This document shows, in pieces, positions 9,462 to 19,541 of a stretch of DNA of 64,000 nt (position 1 is the first letter of the stretch; the number at the start of each line of letters is the position of its first letter). The notes below the pieces were generated by a model. It made no database searches. It had not been told where the DNA came from and was given only the letters and a program-made list of their open reading frames with translations. The stretch spans positions 128,001 through 192,000 of the forward strand of contig CAVTJJ010000006.1 of assembly GCA_963735035.1 (NCBI GenBank). Reading direction: 5' to 3'. The stretch comes from an uncultured candidate division Zixibacteria bacterium. Its GTDB lineage: Bacteria > Zixibacteria > MSB-5A5 > GN15 > FEB-12. Position numbers and translations under genes: made by a program.

Positions 9462-11481
9462 TTTCGCGCGCAGGACTCTATTTCTGCTTCTGATATTGTC
9501 AGGTCCGGCCTGGGCCCAGACCGAAACTGACAGTGTGAAATCAGACACTACCCGTCCGGTTCCGACCGTTCCGTCTCAGACCATCAATGATTCCATCCTG
9601 ATGCTCAATCCGACCATTAAACTCGACACCCTCACGGACGCGCAGCGTCTGCTGGTCGAGTTCGAGACCCGGTATCGATTGAGGCAGAAAGAGCAACCGA
9701 CGGCCAGGGCAAAGCCACGGATGTCCGTTCAAGACAGCCTGACCGCCTACTATCTCCCCGCGCGATGGAACCTGCGGGAAGATATCGATCGCTCATTCTA
9801 CCACGACGCCGGGGATTATTTCCGATCCGATCCGAGTTACTTCGTACTCGAACCTCAGGTTTCCCCGATGAGGAAGACCGTTCAGCCATATGGGTTGGCC
9901 GGGGACCGGATGTCATTCCTGGTCGAAGGGGCATCGCTTCATCCGTTTGAGCATGTGGTCGAGCCCGATGGACTGGTTGACCTGAATGATCTGCCGACCG
10001 CATTGGATCACACTGTCGCAATATTGCCGGGTCCGGTTGGGCTCGTCTTTGGCGCCGATCATTCGGTGGCCACACTGTACACGATGCCCGAAAAGATCGA
10101 CTCCACCGAGCCGCGCAGCAGTTTCATAGTGGATCAAGGTGGCGCTGGTTACTCACACACGCGGGGACGCTACTCCAAGAATTTCACCGACGGCCGCCAT
10201 ATCGATATGTCGATCGGCTATCGCAACGGTGATGGACTGGTCCAACAGGCCACAGACCGCGCCTACCAGTATACGGGCAACTTTATCATCCCGGTCGGAG
10301 AAAATTGGGATATTCAGGCCGACGGCCAGTTGTACAATCGCACCGGCTACTATCACGTCCGGCCGCTGGCGTTCGGGGCCGCCCTCAAGCGCGATCGTTT
10401 CGACCGCACCGCGCGGGTAAGTATAAGTCGGTACAATGCCGATCGAAACGCGAAATACGTCTTCGGTTACCGGCATATCCGCCAGGAGAGCGCGCTGGGT
10501 GGTGCATATGACGTAAACCTGAACCAGACGGGCCATGGCCTTTCTATGGCCCGCGAATGGTTTGCCCGTGGTCTGGCGCTCCGCGCAGAATTGGCGGGGG
10601 ACTATCTCAAGTACGATACCTGGTTCAATCAATATTCACGGTTGAGCGCCGATGCCAGCCTGCAGGTGGTTCGCCTGTCGCGACCCTGGGGCTACTCTGC
10701 TCTACTCAAACAGACCTATGCCGAGAAATATCGTTTCCTTCCGTCGGTGGCTGTGATGCTGAGACGCGACGTTGAAAAGTCGCTGGTGATGTTTTCACTC
10801 GGCTACAGCGAACGGGCGCCGTCGATGAACGAACTACACTTGCCCTATCAGGCCACCAAGCTCTACGCTTCCGGCTTCAATGACTATGCCGATCAGGGTA
10901 ACCCCGATCTGATTTCCGAGAAGATGTTCGAGGGAACAATGGAAGTGTCAGTCGGGCGTCCGGACAACAGCCTGAGCCTAACCGCGACCGGTGGGAAGAT
11001 CTGGGATGGCATCGACTGGATGCCGACCAAGGCAGGCGCATTGACCGTATTTGCTCCGCAACACGGCGACGTGACATTCTCTAACATTACATCAGTAGGT
11101 CGAGTACGACTCGCCGACTTCCTGCGGTTCAAAGGAGGCGGCAGCTATCACTTTGTCGACTACAAGCTAACCGACAACAGGGCATATACACCGAAGTATC
11201 AGGCTTTCTCCGGACTCGAACTGCACCTTTTCTGGCGGCAGAAGCTGATTGATTTCTGGGCCTACGGTGAACTGGTGTATGTGGGACGCTACGACGGATA
11301 TATAGAACCTGGTTTGGGAAACGAAGCCCTCACAAATGTGAAGTTGTCGTTCAGGATGGGGCACTTCCGGTTTCACTGGATTATGCAGAACTCCCTCTCG
11401 GCAGTCTTTAGGCCCCGTGACTATTGGGAAAACCCGGGATATGTCACGTCGTGGGGATTTGTCTGGGATTTCTTCGATTGA
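9454..11481 (+). CDS. Outer-membrane beta-barrel, TonB-dependent-receptor/putative-porin-like
   Basis: Signal peptide; plug-like segment, R.PS..EL, alternating strands, C-terminal WGFVWDFFD. Confidence 0.65.
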   Translation: MADFARRTLFLLLILSGPAWAQTETDSVKSDTTRPVPTVPSQTINDSILMLNPTIKLDTLTDAQRLLVEFETRYRLRQKEQPTARAKPRMSVQDSLTAYYLPARWNLREDIDRSFYHDAGDYFRSDPSYFVLEPQVSPMRKTVQPYGLAGDRMSFLVEGASLHPFEHVVEPDGLVDLNDLPTALDHTVAILPGPVGLVFGADHSVATLYTMPEKIDSTEPRSSFIVDQGGAGYSHTRGRYSKNFTDGRHIDMSIGYRNGDGLVQQATDRAYQYTGNFIIPVGENWDIQADGQLYNRTGYYHVRPLAFGAALKRDRFDRTARVSISRYNADRNAKYVFGYRHIRQESALGGAYDVNLNQTGHGLSMAREWFARGLALRAELAGDYLKYDTWFNQYSRLSADASLQVVRLSRPWGYSALLKQTYAEKYRFLPSVAVMLRRDVEKSLVMFSLGYSERAPSMNELHLPYQATKLYASGFNDYADQGNPDLISEKMFEGTMEVSVGRPDNSLSLTATGGKIWDGIDWMPTKAGALTVFAPQHGDVTFSNITSVGRVRLADFLRFKGGGSYHFVDYKLTDNRAYTPKYQAFSGLELHLFWRQKLIDFWAYGELVYVGRYDGYIEPGLGNEALTNVKLSFRMGHFRFHWIMQNSLSAVFRPRDYWENPGYVTSWGFVWDFFD

Positions 11482-11545
11482 CCTATGAACCGACGATTCG
11501 TTGTTCTTCCCGACGGAGTTCTGGTAGTCGATTGATGAGGTTGAT

Positions 11546-12103
11546 ATGGAATTGAAACTCAGCCGCGACGTTGCGTATGAGCTAGTCCTGACCCGGATCG
11601 GTCGTAACAATCTGCTCAAGCACGTACTCTCGGTCGAGGCCGGGATGCGACAAGTGGCTGAACTCCTGCACCAGGATGTGAATTACTGGGGTCTAATCGG
11701 TCTCGTTCATGATCTCGATTACAACGAGACCAAAGATGATCCGGCGCGACACACTTATGTAACGGCAGAGCTTCTCAAGTCGTATGACCTACCTGAAGAG
11801 ATGATGTATGCCATACACGCTCATCCGGGTCACGTGCCGTGCCGCTCGGCTCTGGACTGGGCGCTCTATTCGGTCGACCCAGCCACTGGATTCGTTGTAG
11901 CCTGTGCGCTGATGCATCCAGAGAAGAAGCTGTCCGTCCTCGATGGCGAGTTCATGATGCGTCGTTTCAAAGAGAAGCGGTTCGCGGCGGGGGCGGGGCG
12001 CGACGAAATCGCCGCCTGTTTGCATCTGGGGTTGGAGCTTGAGCCGTTCCTGCTGCTGGTTCGCGATGGCATGCTTAACATCAGAGAAGAGCTGGGGTTG
12101 TGA
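11546..12103 (+). CDS. HD/HDIG metal-dependent phosphohydrolase
   Basis: KH..SVEA.M, GLVHDLDY, H..H, KRFAAG..R. Confidence 0.85.
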   Translation: MELKLSRDVAYELVLTRIGRNNLLKHVLSVEAGMRQVAELLHQDVNYWGLIGLVHDLDYNETKDDPARHTYVTAELLKSYDLPEEMMYAIHAHPGHVPCRSALDWALYSVDPATGFVVACALMHPEKKLSVLDGEFMMRRFKEKRFAAGAGRDEIAACLHLGLELEPFLLLVRDGMLNIREELGL

Positions 12104-13431
12104 CGGGATCCGCGGGAGAAAGCATCTGGCGGCGGGACGTTTTCGGGTGGTCACTCTACGACTTCGCCAATACCATCTACTCCATGAACATCGTATCGCT
12201 GTATCTCAAGCGATACATAGTCGAAGACCTCGGCTATGGCGATCATTATTTCGACATTCCCTTTGCGGCATCAATGTTTCTCGCGGCGCTGGTACTTCCG
12301 GCGTTGGGTGCACTTTCCGATCACTCAGCCAAGAAGAAGACCTTCCTATTTCTTTTCACGCTGACCTGCTGCGCATCGGTAGGTCTGATGGCTTTAGTGC
12401 CGGGCTGGGCGATATTGGGGCTGGTGGTGCTGTTCATCATAGCCAATTTCAGCTATGAAGCGGCCCTGCCGTTCTATAACGCGCTGTTGTATTCGGTGGC
12501 CGAAGGACGCCAGGCACGATTGGTATCCGGTGTCGGTGTGGCCTGGGGGTACGTGGGGTCGATCGCGGGCATGGTTCTCGTACTGCCATTTGTACTCGGG
12601 GATATCTACGGCTGGATACTGCCACTGGTCAAGGCGGGAGGAAAGACTGCCGCATTCTTGCCCAGCGCTATTCTGTTCTTCTTGTTTGCGTTGCCCTGTT
12701 TTCTCTGGGTGAAGGAGAGGCGAAGCGCCAACTCAACTCACCCCGGTATCTTCGCGGCTTACCGCGAAGTGTGGCAGGCGGTTCGTGACACGAAGAGATA
12801 CCCCGGCGTGTTGCGTTTCCTGATCGCGGATTACTTCGTTGAAGACGCTGTGGCGACCGTCATTCTGAATATCGGTCTGTATTGTTCTATCGTCCTCTCG
12901 ATGCCGGAACAACAAATCACCACTTTTCTCATAATCTCAACCGTAACAGCCGTCCTTGGGTCTTTTGCAATCGGATTCTTATCCAAGAGATGGTCCCTCA
13001 GGCGCCTGTTGAATATCGTATTCGCCGGCTGGGTTGTGGCGCTGGTGGCGTTTGTCATGACCGATCACATGGCGGCGATCTGGGTTCTGGGCTCGCTGGT
13101 CGGTGTGCTCCTGGGCGGCCTTTGGACCACCACCCGGACTTTCCTGGCCGAGTTGGTGCCGCATGAAGAACTCGGCAAATTCTTCGGACTGTTTTCTCTA
13201 TCGGGTCGAGCCGCTGCGGTCGGAGGACCACTCATCTGGACGACCACAGTTTACCTGTTTAATCCCGATAGGACCCTCGGTCGATGGATAGACCGTCTCC
13301 TCGCGCTTGACAGTGCCGCCGCCGAACGGTTACCTTACAAGCTGGGAGTACTCTCCCTGGCGGTCATGGTGTTGGTCGGTCTGGTTATCTTCCAAGGTGT
13401 TCCGCGCAACGAGGCAAACACAAATGGCTAG
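12100..13431 (+). CDS. MFS transporter (UMF1/Atg22-like)
   Basis: W.LYDFAN, P.LGA.SD, FYNALL, SG.G...GY.GS, FFGL..LSGR; about 12 TM. Confidence 0.88.
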   Translation: MTGSAGESIWRRDVFGWSLYDFANTIYSMNIVSLYLKRYIVEDLGYGDHYFDIPFAASMFLAALVLPALGALSDHSAKKKTFLFLFTLTCCASVGLMALVPGWAILGLVVLFIIANFSYEAALPFYNALLYSVAEGRQARLVSGVGVAWGYVGSIAGMVLVLPFVLGDIYGWILPLVKAGGKTAAFLPSAILFFLFALPCFLWVKERRSANSTHPGIFAAYREVWQAVRDTKRYPGVLRFLIADYFVEDAVATVILNIGLYCSIVLSMPEQQITTFLIISTVTAVLGSFAIGFLSKRWSLRRLLNIVFAGWVVALVAFVMTDHMAAIWVLGSLVGVLLGGLWTTTRTFLAELVPHEELGKFFGLFSLSGRAAAVGGPLIWTTTVYLFNPDRTLGRWIDRLLALDSAAAERLPYKLGVLSLAVMVLVGLVIFQGVPRNEANTNG

Positions 13432-14478
13432 TCGAGTCGGCGACCGATACCACTATTCCGGCGCCCTGCATATTCACACGACCGAGTCCGATGGCACCGC
13501 ATCTCTCAAAGAGGTTGCCGAATTCGGACGCCAGGCCGGTCTCGACTTCTTGATGTTCACTGATCACATGGGGCTCACCAACCGGACCGCCGGGCTGGAA
13601 GGTTTCTATGGCCAGACGCTGGTAGTGGTCGGCTACGAACACAACGACACCGAAGACAATAACCACTACCTGATCTTCAAGTCGCCAGCTGTTTACGCGG
13701 ACAACTATGTCCGCACGTCAGTATGTCGAAGCCGCCCATCGCGACGGCGCTTTCGGAATCATTGCTCATCCGATCGAACACCGCAGCCGCGAGGGGAAAT
13801 ACCCGCCTTATCCATGGACAGAGTGGGAGACGGACCAGTTCGACGGGCTCGAAATCTGGAACCAGATGTCGGAATGGATGGAGAAACTAACCCGCTGGAA
13901 CAAGCTGGTCATGGCTTTTTCGCCGCGCAAATCCATGGTTGGGCCGCCTCCCGAGGCTCTATCGATCTGGGACAAACTCAATACCAAGCGTCGCTATGTA
14001 GGGGTAGCGGGTGTCGATGCGCACGGTTTCAAGGTGGATGTAGGTCCGCTCAAGGTCGAAATCTTCCCGTACAAAGTGCATTTTCGCTCTCTTCGCACAC
14101 ATATCATTCTCGACGAGCCTTTGTCGGCTGACTACGACGACGGCATCCAAGCAGTTTTACAAAGCCCTCGCCGATTGCCGCGTCTTCAATTCGAACTACC
14201 GCTGGGGCGACGCTGCTCATTTCCAGTTCTACGCCAACGATGGTTCTCGAACCGCCGTATCCGGTGACACTCTCGCGTGGCGTGAAGGGATCAAGTTGAT
14301 CGCTGAGGTTCCGGCGTACGCCACGATCAAACTGATTGGCAATGGCCGTCAGGTGGCGGAAGCAAATACGGATCATTTCGAATTCCCTGTTCGCGAACCC
14401 GGACTGTATCGGCTTGAAGTTTGGAAGGGGAAGCGGGGATGGATCTTCTCCAATCACATAAGGATCGGCGTTGACTGA
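13424..14478 (+). pseudogene. PHP/histidinol-phosphatase-like metallohydrolase split by two +1 frameshifts (probably sequencing errors)
   Basis: LHIHT..SDG, TDH, AHP, GLEIWN, DAH and WIFSNHI lie in three successive frames; shifts near 13706 and 14139. Confidence 0.75.
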
Positions 14479-14905
14479 CCCCGCAAAAGGGAAGAAGCCA
14501 GTCAGCGTTTTTGACCTTGGCTTTGGAAATCCCGCTTATTCTGCCGGCTTGCGCGGCGGGGGACCGGGCGATTGGAAGTTTGTCATCATAGAAGCCACAG
14601 ACGCCCGCTATCTCGTTCTCGGCCCGGTGGCCAGGTACAAGTACCATGCTGGTCTGGTGAAACGATTCTGTGAGCTTCAGGGTGTGGCCTGTCTGACGGT
14701 CAAGAAACCTGACCTTGTTGAAGTGGTCGAGCGGGGAGTAAGGATTCGCGGTGGGGGGAGAGTCAGGTTCGACAAACCGAGCGGGGTCGTTCACTTCTTT
14801 GATAGTTCCCGCGCCTATGGACAGTTTGACCGCGACGAATTGACCGAAATTCTTGGCTCGTCTGACTTCCTGGAAGGGTTATCTGTGCAAATTGACCGGG
14901 GATAA
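14471..14905 (+). CDS. Hypothetical protein
   Basis: 144-aa ORF overlapping the upstream stop; no recognised family. Confidence 0.5.
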   Translation: MTDPAKGKKPVSVFDLGFGNPAYSAGLRGGGPGDWKFVIIEATDARYLVLGPVARYKYHAGLVKRFCELQGVACLTVKKPDLVEVVERGVRIRGGGRVRFDKPSGVVHFFDSSRAYGQFDRDELTEILGSSDFLEGLSVQIDRG

Positions 14906-15033
14906 ATGCCTCGGCTGGCGGTGCGGTGTTCGGATGCGACATCCGTGCCTTCCCGCAAGCCATTGTGGTTCAATGACAGTCCGGGTGGAGTAAGGATTCC
15001 TGTTCACTTGGGGCTAAATGGGGCAAAAAGGAT

Positions 15034-15062
15034 TTGACTTTACCGCGTACAAATCCTAAAGT
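15034..15062 (+). promoter_or_regulatory. Sigma70-type promoter of the nuo operon
   Basis: TTGACT-N17-TAAAGT, 43 nt before nuoA. Confidence 0.6.
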
Positions 15063-15105
15063 AGCCGTCAACGTTTGAAATCGTTGGCGGCCAAAGGAAA
15101 GCAGC

Positions 15106-15462
15106 GTGTTTGAGGAGCTTTATCCGATTCTCTTTCTGCTGATTGTAGCGACCGTCCTGGCAGTCGCTTTTACAGTACTGTCTGTGCTGTTTGGTCGCCG
15201 CACCCGCCTTGGCAAGAAAAACCAGCCCTATGAATGCGGGATTGACCCGGTGGGAACCACCCGCGACCCGGTGCCGGTTAAGTACTTCATGGTAGCAATA
15301 TCTTTCATATTGTTCGATATCGAAATCGTCTTCCTGCTTCCGTGGGCGGTGGTGGCGCGCGATCTCGGTATGTTCGGATTCGGCGCCATCGCGGTGTTCG
15401 TGCTTCTCGTTCTCGTTGGCTATTTCTATGAATTAGGCAAAGGGGCCCTCAGATGGGACTAG
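15106..15462 (+). CDS. nuoA: NADH-quinone oxidoreductase subunit A
   Basis: PYECG, FILFDIE..FL.PWA, KGAL.W. Confidence 0.96.
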   Translation: MFEELYPILFLLIVATVLAVAFTVLSVLFGRRTRLGKKNQPYECGIDPVGTTRDPVPVKYFMVAISFILFDIEIVFLLPWAVVARDLGMFGFGAIAVFVLLVLVGYFYELGKGALRWD

Positions 15463-15959
15463 AAGAGAAGATTCCGGACTCAGTCATTCTGACCACGATG
15501 GACAAGATGGTCAATTGGGCGCGAAGGCGTTCAATGTGGCCGCTTGGTTTCGGATTGGCCTGCTGTGCGATTGAAATGATGGCCACGTTCATGTCGAAAT
15601 ATGACATGTCGCGCTACGGCATGGAAGTTTTCCGGCCTTCACCGCGTCAGGCCGATCTGATGATTGTGGCGGGACGGGTGTCGGTCAAGATGGCGCCGGT
15701 GATCAAGACCCTGTACGAGCAGATGCCCAATCCGAAATGGGTAATTTCGATGGGCGCCTGTGCCTCCTGCGGCGGCGTATTCAATAACTATGCGATTGTC
15801 CAGGGTGTTGATCGAATCATCCCGGTTGATATGTACGTTCCCGGCTGTCCTCCTCGGCCGGAGCAGTTGATGGATGCTATCCTGAAATTGCACGCGAAAA
15901 TAGACAAGGAATCTCTCAAGCAGAAGCATGAGGAGTGGGGCCGAGCGCTCCAAAGATAG
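15453..15959 (+). CDS. nuoB: NADH-quinone oxidoreductase subunit B
   Basis: [28 protein letters not shown]. Confidence 0.97.
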   Translation: MGLEEKIPDSVILTTMDKMVNWARRRSMWPLGFGLACCAIEMMATFMSKYDMSRYGMEVFRPSPRQADLMIVAGRVSVKMAPVIKTLYEQMPNPKWVISMGACASCGGVFNNYAIVQGVDRIIPVDMYVPGCPPRPEQLMDAILKLHAKIDKESLKQKHEEWGRALQR

Positions 15960-16022
15960 TCGGTAAGTCGGCCGGAATGTGATCCGTACGCGACCTCTTG
16001 TGAAGATTGGTGCAAGCGTTCG

Positions 16023-16538
16023 ATGGAAGATAAAGTAAGGCAGTGGCTTCAGAGTCGGTTCGCTGAAAGTATTGTCAGCGAGGTCAGCTTCCGGGGGCAA
16101 CAATCATTCTATGTCCGCCCTGAATCGATCTTCCCGATCTGCCAGGCTCTCGTTGAAGACCGCGAACTCGAAATAGGTTATCTGGCCGATATTACTTCCT
16201 GTGACTGGTTGGGACATGAGGCCGAGATGGGCGGGCGGTTTGAAGTCGTATACAACTTGTATAGTCTGTCCCACAAGTATCGATTCTTCCTCAAGGTCAT
16301 GTTGCCGGGTGACAACCCCCAGATCGCCAGCCTGACGCCTCTTTGGAATGGGGCCAACTGGCTCGAGCGCGAAGTCTGGGATATGATGGGTATTCGCTTT
16401 ACCGGCCATCCTGATCTTACGAAGATTCTGACCCCTGACGAACTCGAAGGTTTCCCGCTCCGTAAGGACTTCCCACTCACCTATGAGGTTCCCCAGTTTA
16501 ATTGGAACAAGGACCTGCCGCCGGAGGTGATCAAGTAA
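16023..16538 (+). CDS. nuoC: NADH-quinone oxidoreductase subunit C
   Basis: RFEVVY.L.S, W.EREVWDM.GI.F.GHP, PLRKDFP. Confidence 0.96.
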   Translation: MEDKVRQWLQSRFAESIVSEVSFRGQQSFYVRPESIFPICQALVEDRELEIGYLADITSCDWLGHEAEMGGRFEVVYNLYSLSHKYRFFLKVMLPGDNPQIASLTPLWNGANWLEREVWDMMGIRFTGHPDLTKILTPDELEGFPLRKDFPLTYEVPQFNWNKDLPPEVIK

Positions 16539-17707
16539 TGGAAGCCCGGACCATACAGATCAACATGGGGCCGCAGCATCCGGCCACACACGGCGTACTC
16601 CGAGTCGAGTTGGAAATCGAGGGCGAGACGGTTGTCAAGGCCCGTCCGGTAATCGGCTACTTGCACACCGGGATCGAAAAGACAATGGAATCGAAGCTCT
16701 ATTACAAAGCGATTCCGTGCACCGACCGGATGGATTACCTCTCGCCGATGATGAACAATCTCGGGTACTGTCTGGCGGTCGAAAAGCTGATGGACATCGA
16801 GGTGCCGGAGAAGGTCAAATGGGCTCGGGTGCTTCTGGCGGAACTGACCCGAATCAAGTCGCATCTGGTCTGGCTCGGCACACATGCCATCGATCTGGGC
16901 GCCATGACCATGATCCTGTACGCTTTCCGCGAGCGCGAGATGATTATCGACATCTACGAAGCGTGCGCCGGCCAGCGCATGATGAGCACCTACATCAGAA
17001 TCGGCGGGCTCGCCGATGAACTCCCGCCGGATTTCGACAAGCTGGTCAGGAAGTTTCTGAAAGTCATGCCGGAGCGGATGAAGGATTACGAGAAGTTGCT
17101 TACCCGCAACCCGATCTTCATCCAGCGCACCAAAGGTGTGGCCGTGATATCGGCGGCCGACGCCCTCAACTGGTCGCTGTCCGGTCCGATGTTGCGCGGC
17201 AGCGGAGTCAAGAAAGACATCCGTAAGGATGAACCATACAGCGGGTACGAGAAATTCGATTTTGAGGTGGCCCTGGGTAAGAACGGCGATGCTTACGATC
17301 GGTATCTGCTCCGCCTGGAAGAGATGCGCCAGTCGCTCAGAATAATTCAGCAGGCGCTCGACGGAATGCCCCAGGGACCTTACCGGGCGCACGTTCCGGG
17401 AGTGGTGTTGCCGCCCAAGGAAGACATCCTGCACAAGATGGAATCGCTGATATTCCATTATAAGATTATCACCGAGGGTTTCAAGGCGCCGCGTGGTTCC
17501 GTCTATCAGGCGATCGAATCACCCAAGGGCGAGCTCGGTTTCTATATTGCCTCGGACGGCACCAACCGGCCCAACCGGATTCGCGTGCGGCCGCCGTCGT
17601 TTGTGAACCTGGCCGCGCTTCCGGCGCTGGTCGAAGGAAGGTTGCTGGCGGACGTCATTTGCGCCATCGGCACAGTGGATATCGTACTGGGAGAAGTCGA
17701 CCGATGA
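16538..17707 (+). CDS. nuoD: NADH-quinone oxidoreductase subunit D
   Basis: NMGPQHPATHGVLR, GYLH.G.EK, ESPKGE, DIVLGEVDR; TAATG coupling to nuoC. Confidence 0.97.
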   Translation: MEARTIQINMGPQHPATHGVLRVELEIEGETVVKARPVIGYLHTGIEKTMESKLYYKAIPCTDRMDYLSPMMNNLGYCLAVEKLMDIEVPEKVKWARVLLAELTRIKSHLVWLGTHAIDLGAMTMILYAFREREMIIDIYEACAGQRMMSTYIRIGGLADELPPDFDKLVRKFLKVMPERMKDYEKLLTRNPIFIQRTKGVAVISAADALNWSLSGPMLRGSGVKKDIRKDEPYSGYEKFDFEVALGKNGDAYDRYLLRLEEMRQSLRIIQQALDGMPQGPYRAHVPGVVLPPKEDILHKMESLIFHYKIITEGFKAPRGSVYQAIESPKGELGFYIASDGTNRPNRIRVRPPSFVNLAALPALVEGRLLADVICAIGTVDIVLGEVDR

Positions 17708-18198
17708 TGCTCACCGCTGAATCAGTGGCCCGCATCAAGGATGCGGCGTCGAAGTATCCCCAGGTGAAGTCGGCCGTTCTCCCGGCTCTGACGATTGCCT
17801 ATCGGCAGGTAGGTCATTTGAACGATGACATCTACGAGGAGATATCCCAGACGCTGGGCATACCGGCCGGGGAAATCGCCGAGGCGGCGTCGTTCTATAC
17901 CATGTTCCCCAAGCAACCGGTAGGGAAGTATCTCATTCAGGTCTGCCATAACATCTCCTGCTCGCTTCTGGGGGCGGAGAGTCTGATTTCTTATCTCGAA
18001 CAAAAGCTCGGTGTCCAGGTCGGCGAAACCACCCCCGACAATTTGTTCACGATCGTGCGGGTGGAATGTCTCGGCTCTTGTGCGACCGCGCCGATGATGC
18101 AGATCAATCATGATTACTACGAGAATCTGACTCGCAAGAAAGTCGACTCCGTTCTGGATCAACTTCGGTCGGATGCCCGCGCGGGAGGGAAACAATGA
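17704..18198 (+). CDS. nuoE: NADH-quinone oxidoreductase subunit E
   Basis: SFYTMF, CHNISC, ECLGSC..AP. Confidence 0.95.
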   Translation: MMLTAESVARIKDAASKYPQVKSAVLPALTIAYRQVGHLNDDIYEEISQTLGIPAGEIAEAASFYTMFPKQPVGKYLIQVCHNISCSLLGAESLISYLEQKLGVQVGETTPDNLFTIVRVECLGSCATAPMMQINHDYYENLTRKKVDSVLDQLRSDARAGGKQ

Positions 18199-19541
18199 GT
18201 TTCTACTCTCCCGTCAGAACGAACGCGTCCGAGGTGGCAGCATCAGAGGTGCTGCACTTGTTCCGTTATGTCGAAGACCCCGATCAGCCTAAGATCGCCA
18301 CATACGAGTCTCATGGTGGTTACACAGCCTGGAAGAAAGTTCTCAGTTCGATTACCCCCGAGCAGGTCACGGCCGAAGTCAAGAGTTCAGGTCTGCGTGG
18401 ACGTGGCGGAGCCGGATTCCCGGCCGGTATGAAGTGGGGATTCATCCCCAAAGATTCTACCAAACCGCGCTATCTGGTATGCAACGCTGACGAATCCGAG
18501 CCCGGCACGTGCAAAGATCGAGTACTAATGGAGCGTGACCCCCACGCCGTAATCGAAGGCATGGCGATCGCTTCGTTTGCAATCGGCTGCCATACGATGT
18601 TTATCTACATCAGGGGCGAATTCGGTTTCTCGATTGATGTCATGCGAACGGCGGTTGAAGAAGCGTACAAGAAGGGTCATCTCGGGAAGAACATCCACGG
18701 CAGCGGCTACGATCTGGAAATGGTCGTTCATAGCGGCGGCGGGGCTTATATCTGCGGTGAAGAAACTGCGCTACTAAATTCCCTCGAAGGCAAGCGCGGC
18801 AACGCGCGCATCAAGCCGCCTTTCCCGGCCGTAGCCGGACTGTATGATAGTCCAACGATTATCAACAACGTGGAAACTCTGGCAACCGTCCCGCACGTGA
18901 TCAATCGCGGGGCGGCGTGGTATCGCACTCTTGGCACCGAGAAGTCGACCGGCACGAAGATATTCAGCTTGTCCGGCCATGTGAAACAGCCCGGCAACTA
19001 TGAACTGATCCTGGGTCATTCTCTCAAAGATTTGATTTACTCGCCCAAGTACGGTGGCGGAATTCTTGGTGATAAGAAGCTGAAGGGTGTCATTCCGGGG
19101 GGATCATCCACACCGTTCTTGAGACCGGACCAGATTGATATTCCGCTCGATTATGAATCGCTATCCACAGCCGGTTCGATGCTTGGTTCGGGCGCGGTGA
19201 TAGTTTTCCACGAGGATACCTGTATCGTCTGGATAATAGCCAACCTGATCCGGTTCTATCGCCACGAATCGTGCGGCAAGTGTACGCCGTGTCGCGATGG
19301 CACAGGCTGGCTCCAGCAGATTATCAATCGCATCGAGGCCGGTGGCGGTCGACCAGGCGATATACAGAAGATAGAATCAATTTGCGGAAATATCTTCGGG
19401 CGAACCGTTTGCCCGCTGGGTGACGCGGCGGTGATGCCGATTCAGTCGGCGGTCAAGCAATACCGCGACGAATGGCAGTATCATATCGACCATGGCAAGT
19501 GTATGGTTGAATCGAAGTTTACGATGGCGGAAGGTGTCTGA
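18195..19541 (+). CDS. nuoF: NADH-quinone oxidoreductase subunit F
   Basis: GRGGAGF, NADESEPGT.KDR, YICGEETAL, ESCGKCTPCR.G...C. Confidence 0.97.
   Translation: MSFYSPVRTNASEVAASEVLHLFRYVEDPDQPKIATYESHGGYTAWKKVLSSITPEQVTAEVKSSGLRGRGGAGFPAGMKWGFIPKDSTKPRYLVCNADESEPGTCKDRVLMERDPHAVIEGMAIASFAIGCHTMFIYIRGEFGFSIDVMRTAVEEAYKKGHLGKNIHGSGYDLEMVVHSGGGAYICGEETALLNSLEGKRGNARIKPPFPAVAGLYDSPTIINNVETLATVPHVINRGAAWYRTLGTEKSTGTKIFSLSGHVKQPGNYELILGHSLKDLIYSPKYGGGILGDKKLKGVIPGGSSTPFLRPDQIDIPLDYESLSTAGSMLGSGAVIVFHEDTCIVWIIANLIRFYRHESCGKCTPCRDGTGWLQQIINRIEAGGGRPGDIQKIESICGNIFGRTVCPLGDAAVMPIQSAVKQYRDEWQYHIDHGKCMVESKFTMAEGV

Noticed and set aside
16481..17458. 325-aa minus-strand ORF and similar antisense ORFs across the nuo operon
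   Set aside because: Fully overlap well-conserved nuo genes and have no recognisable domains.
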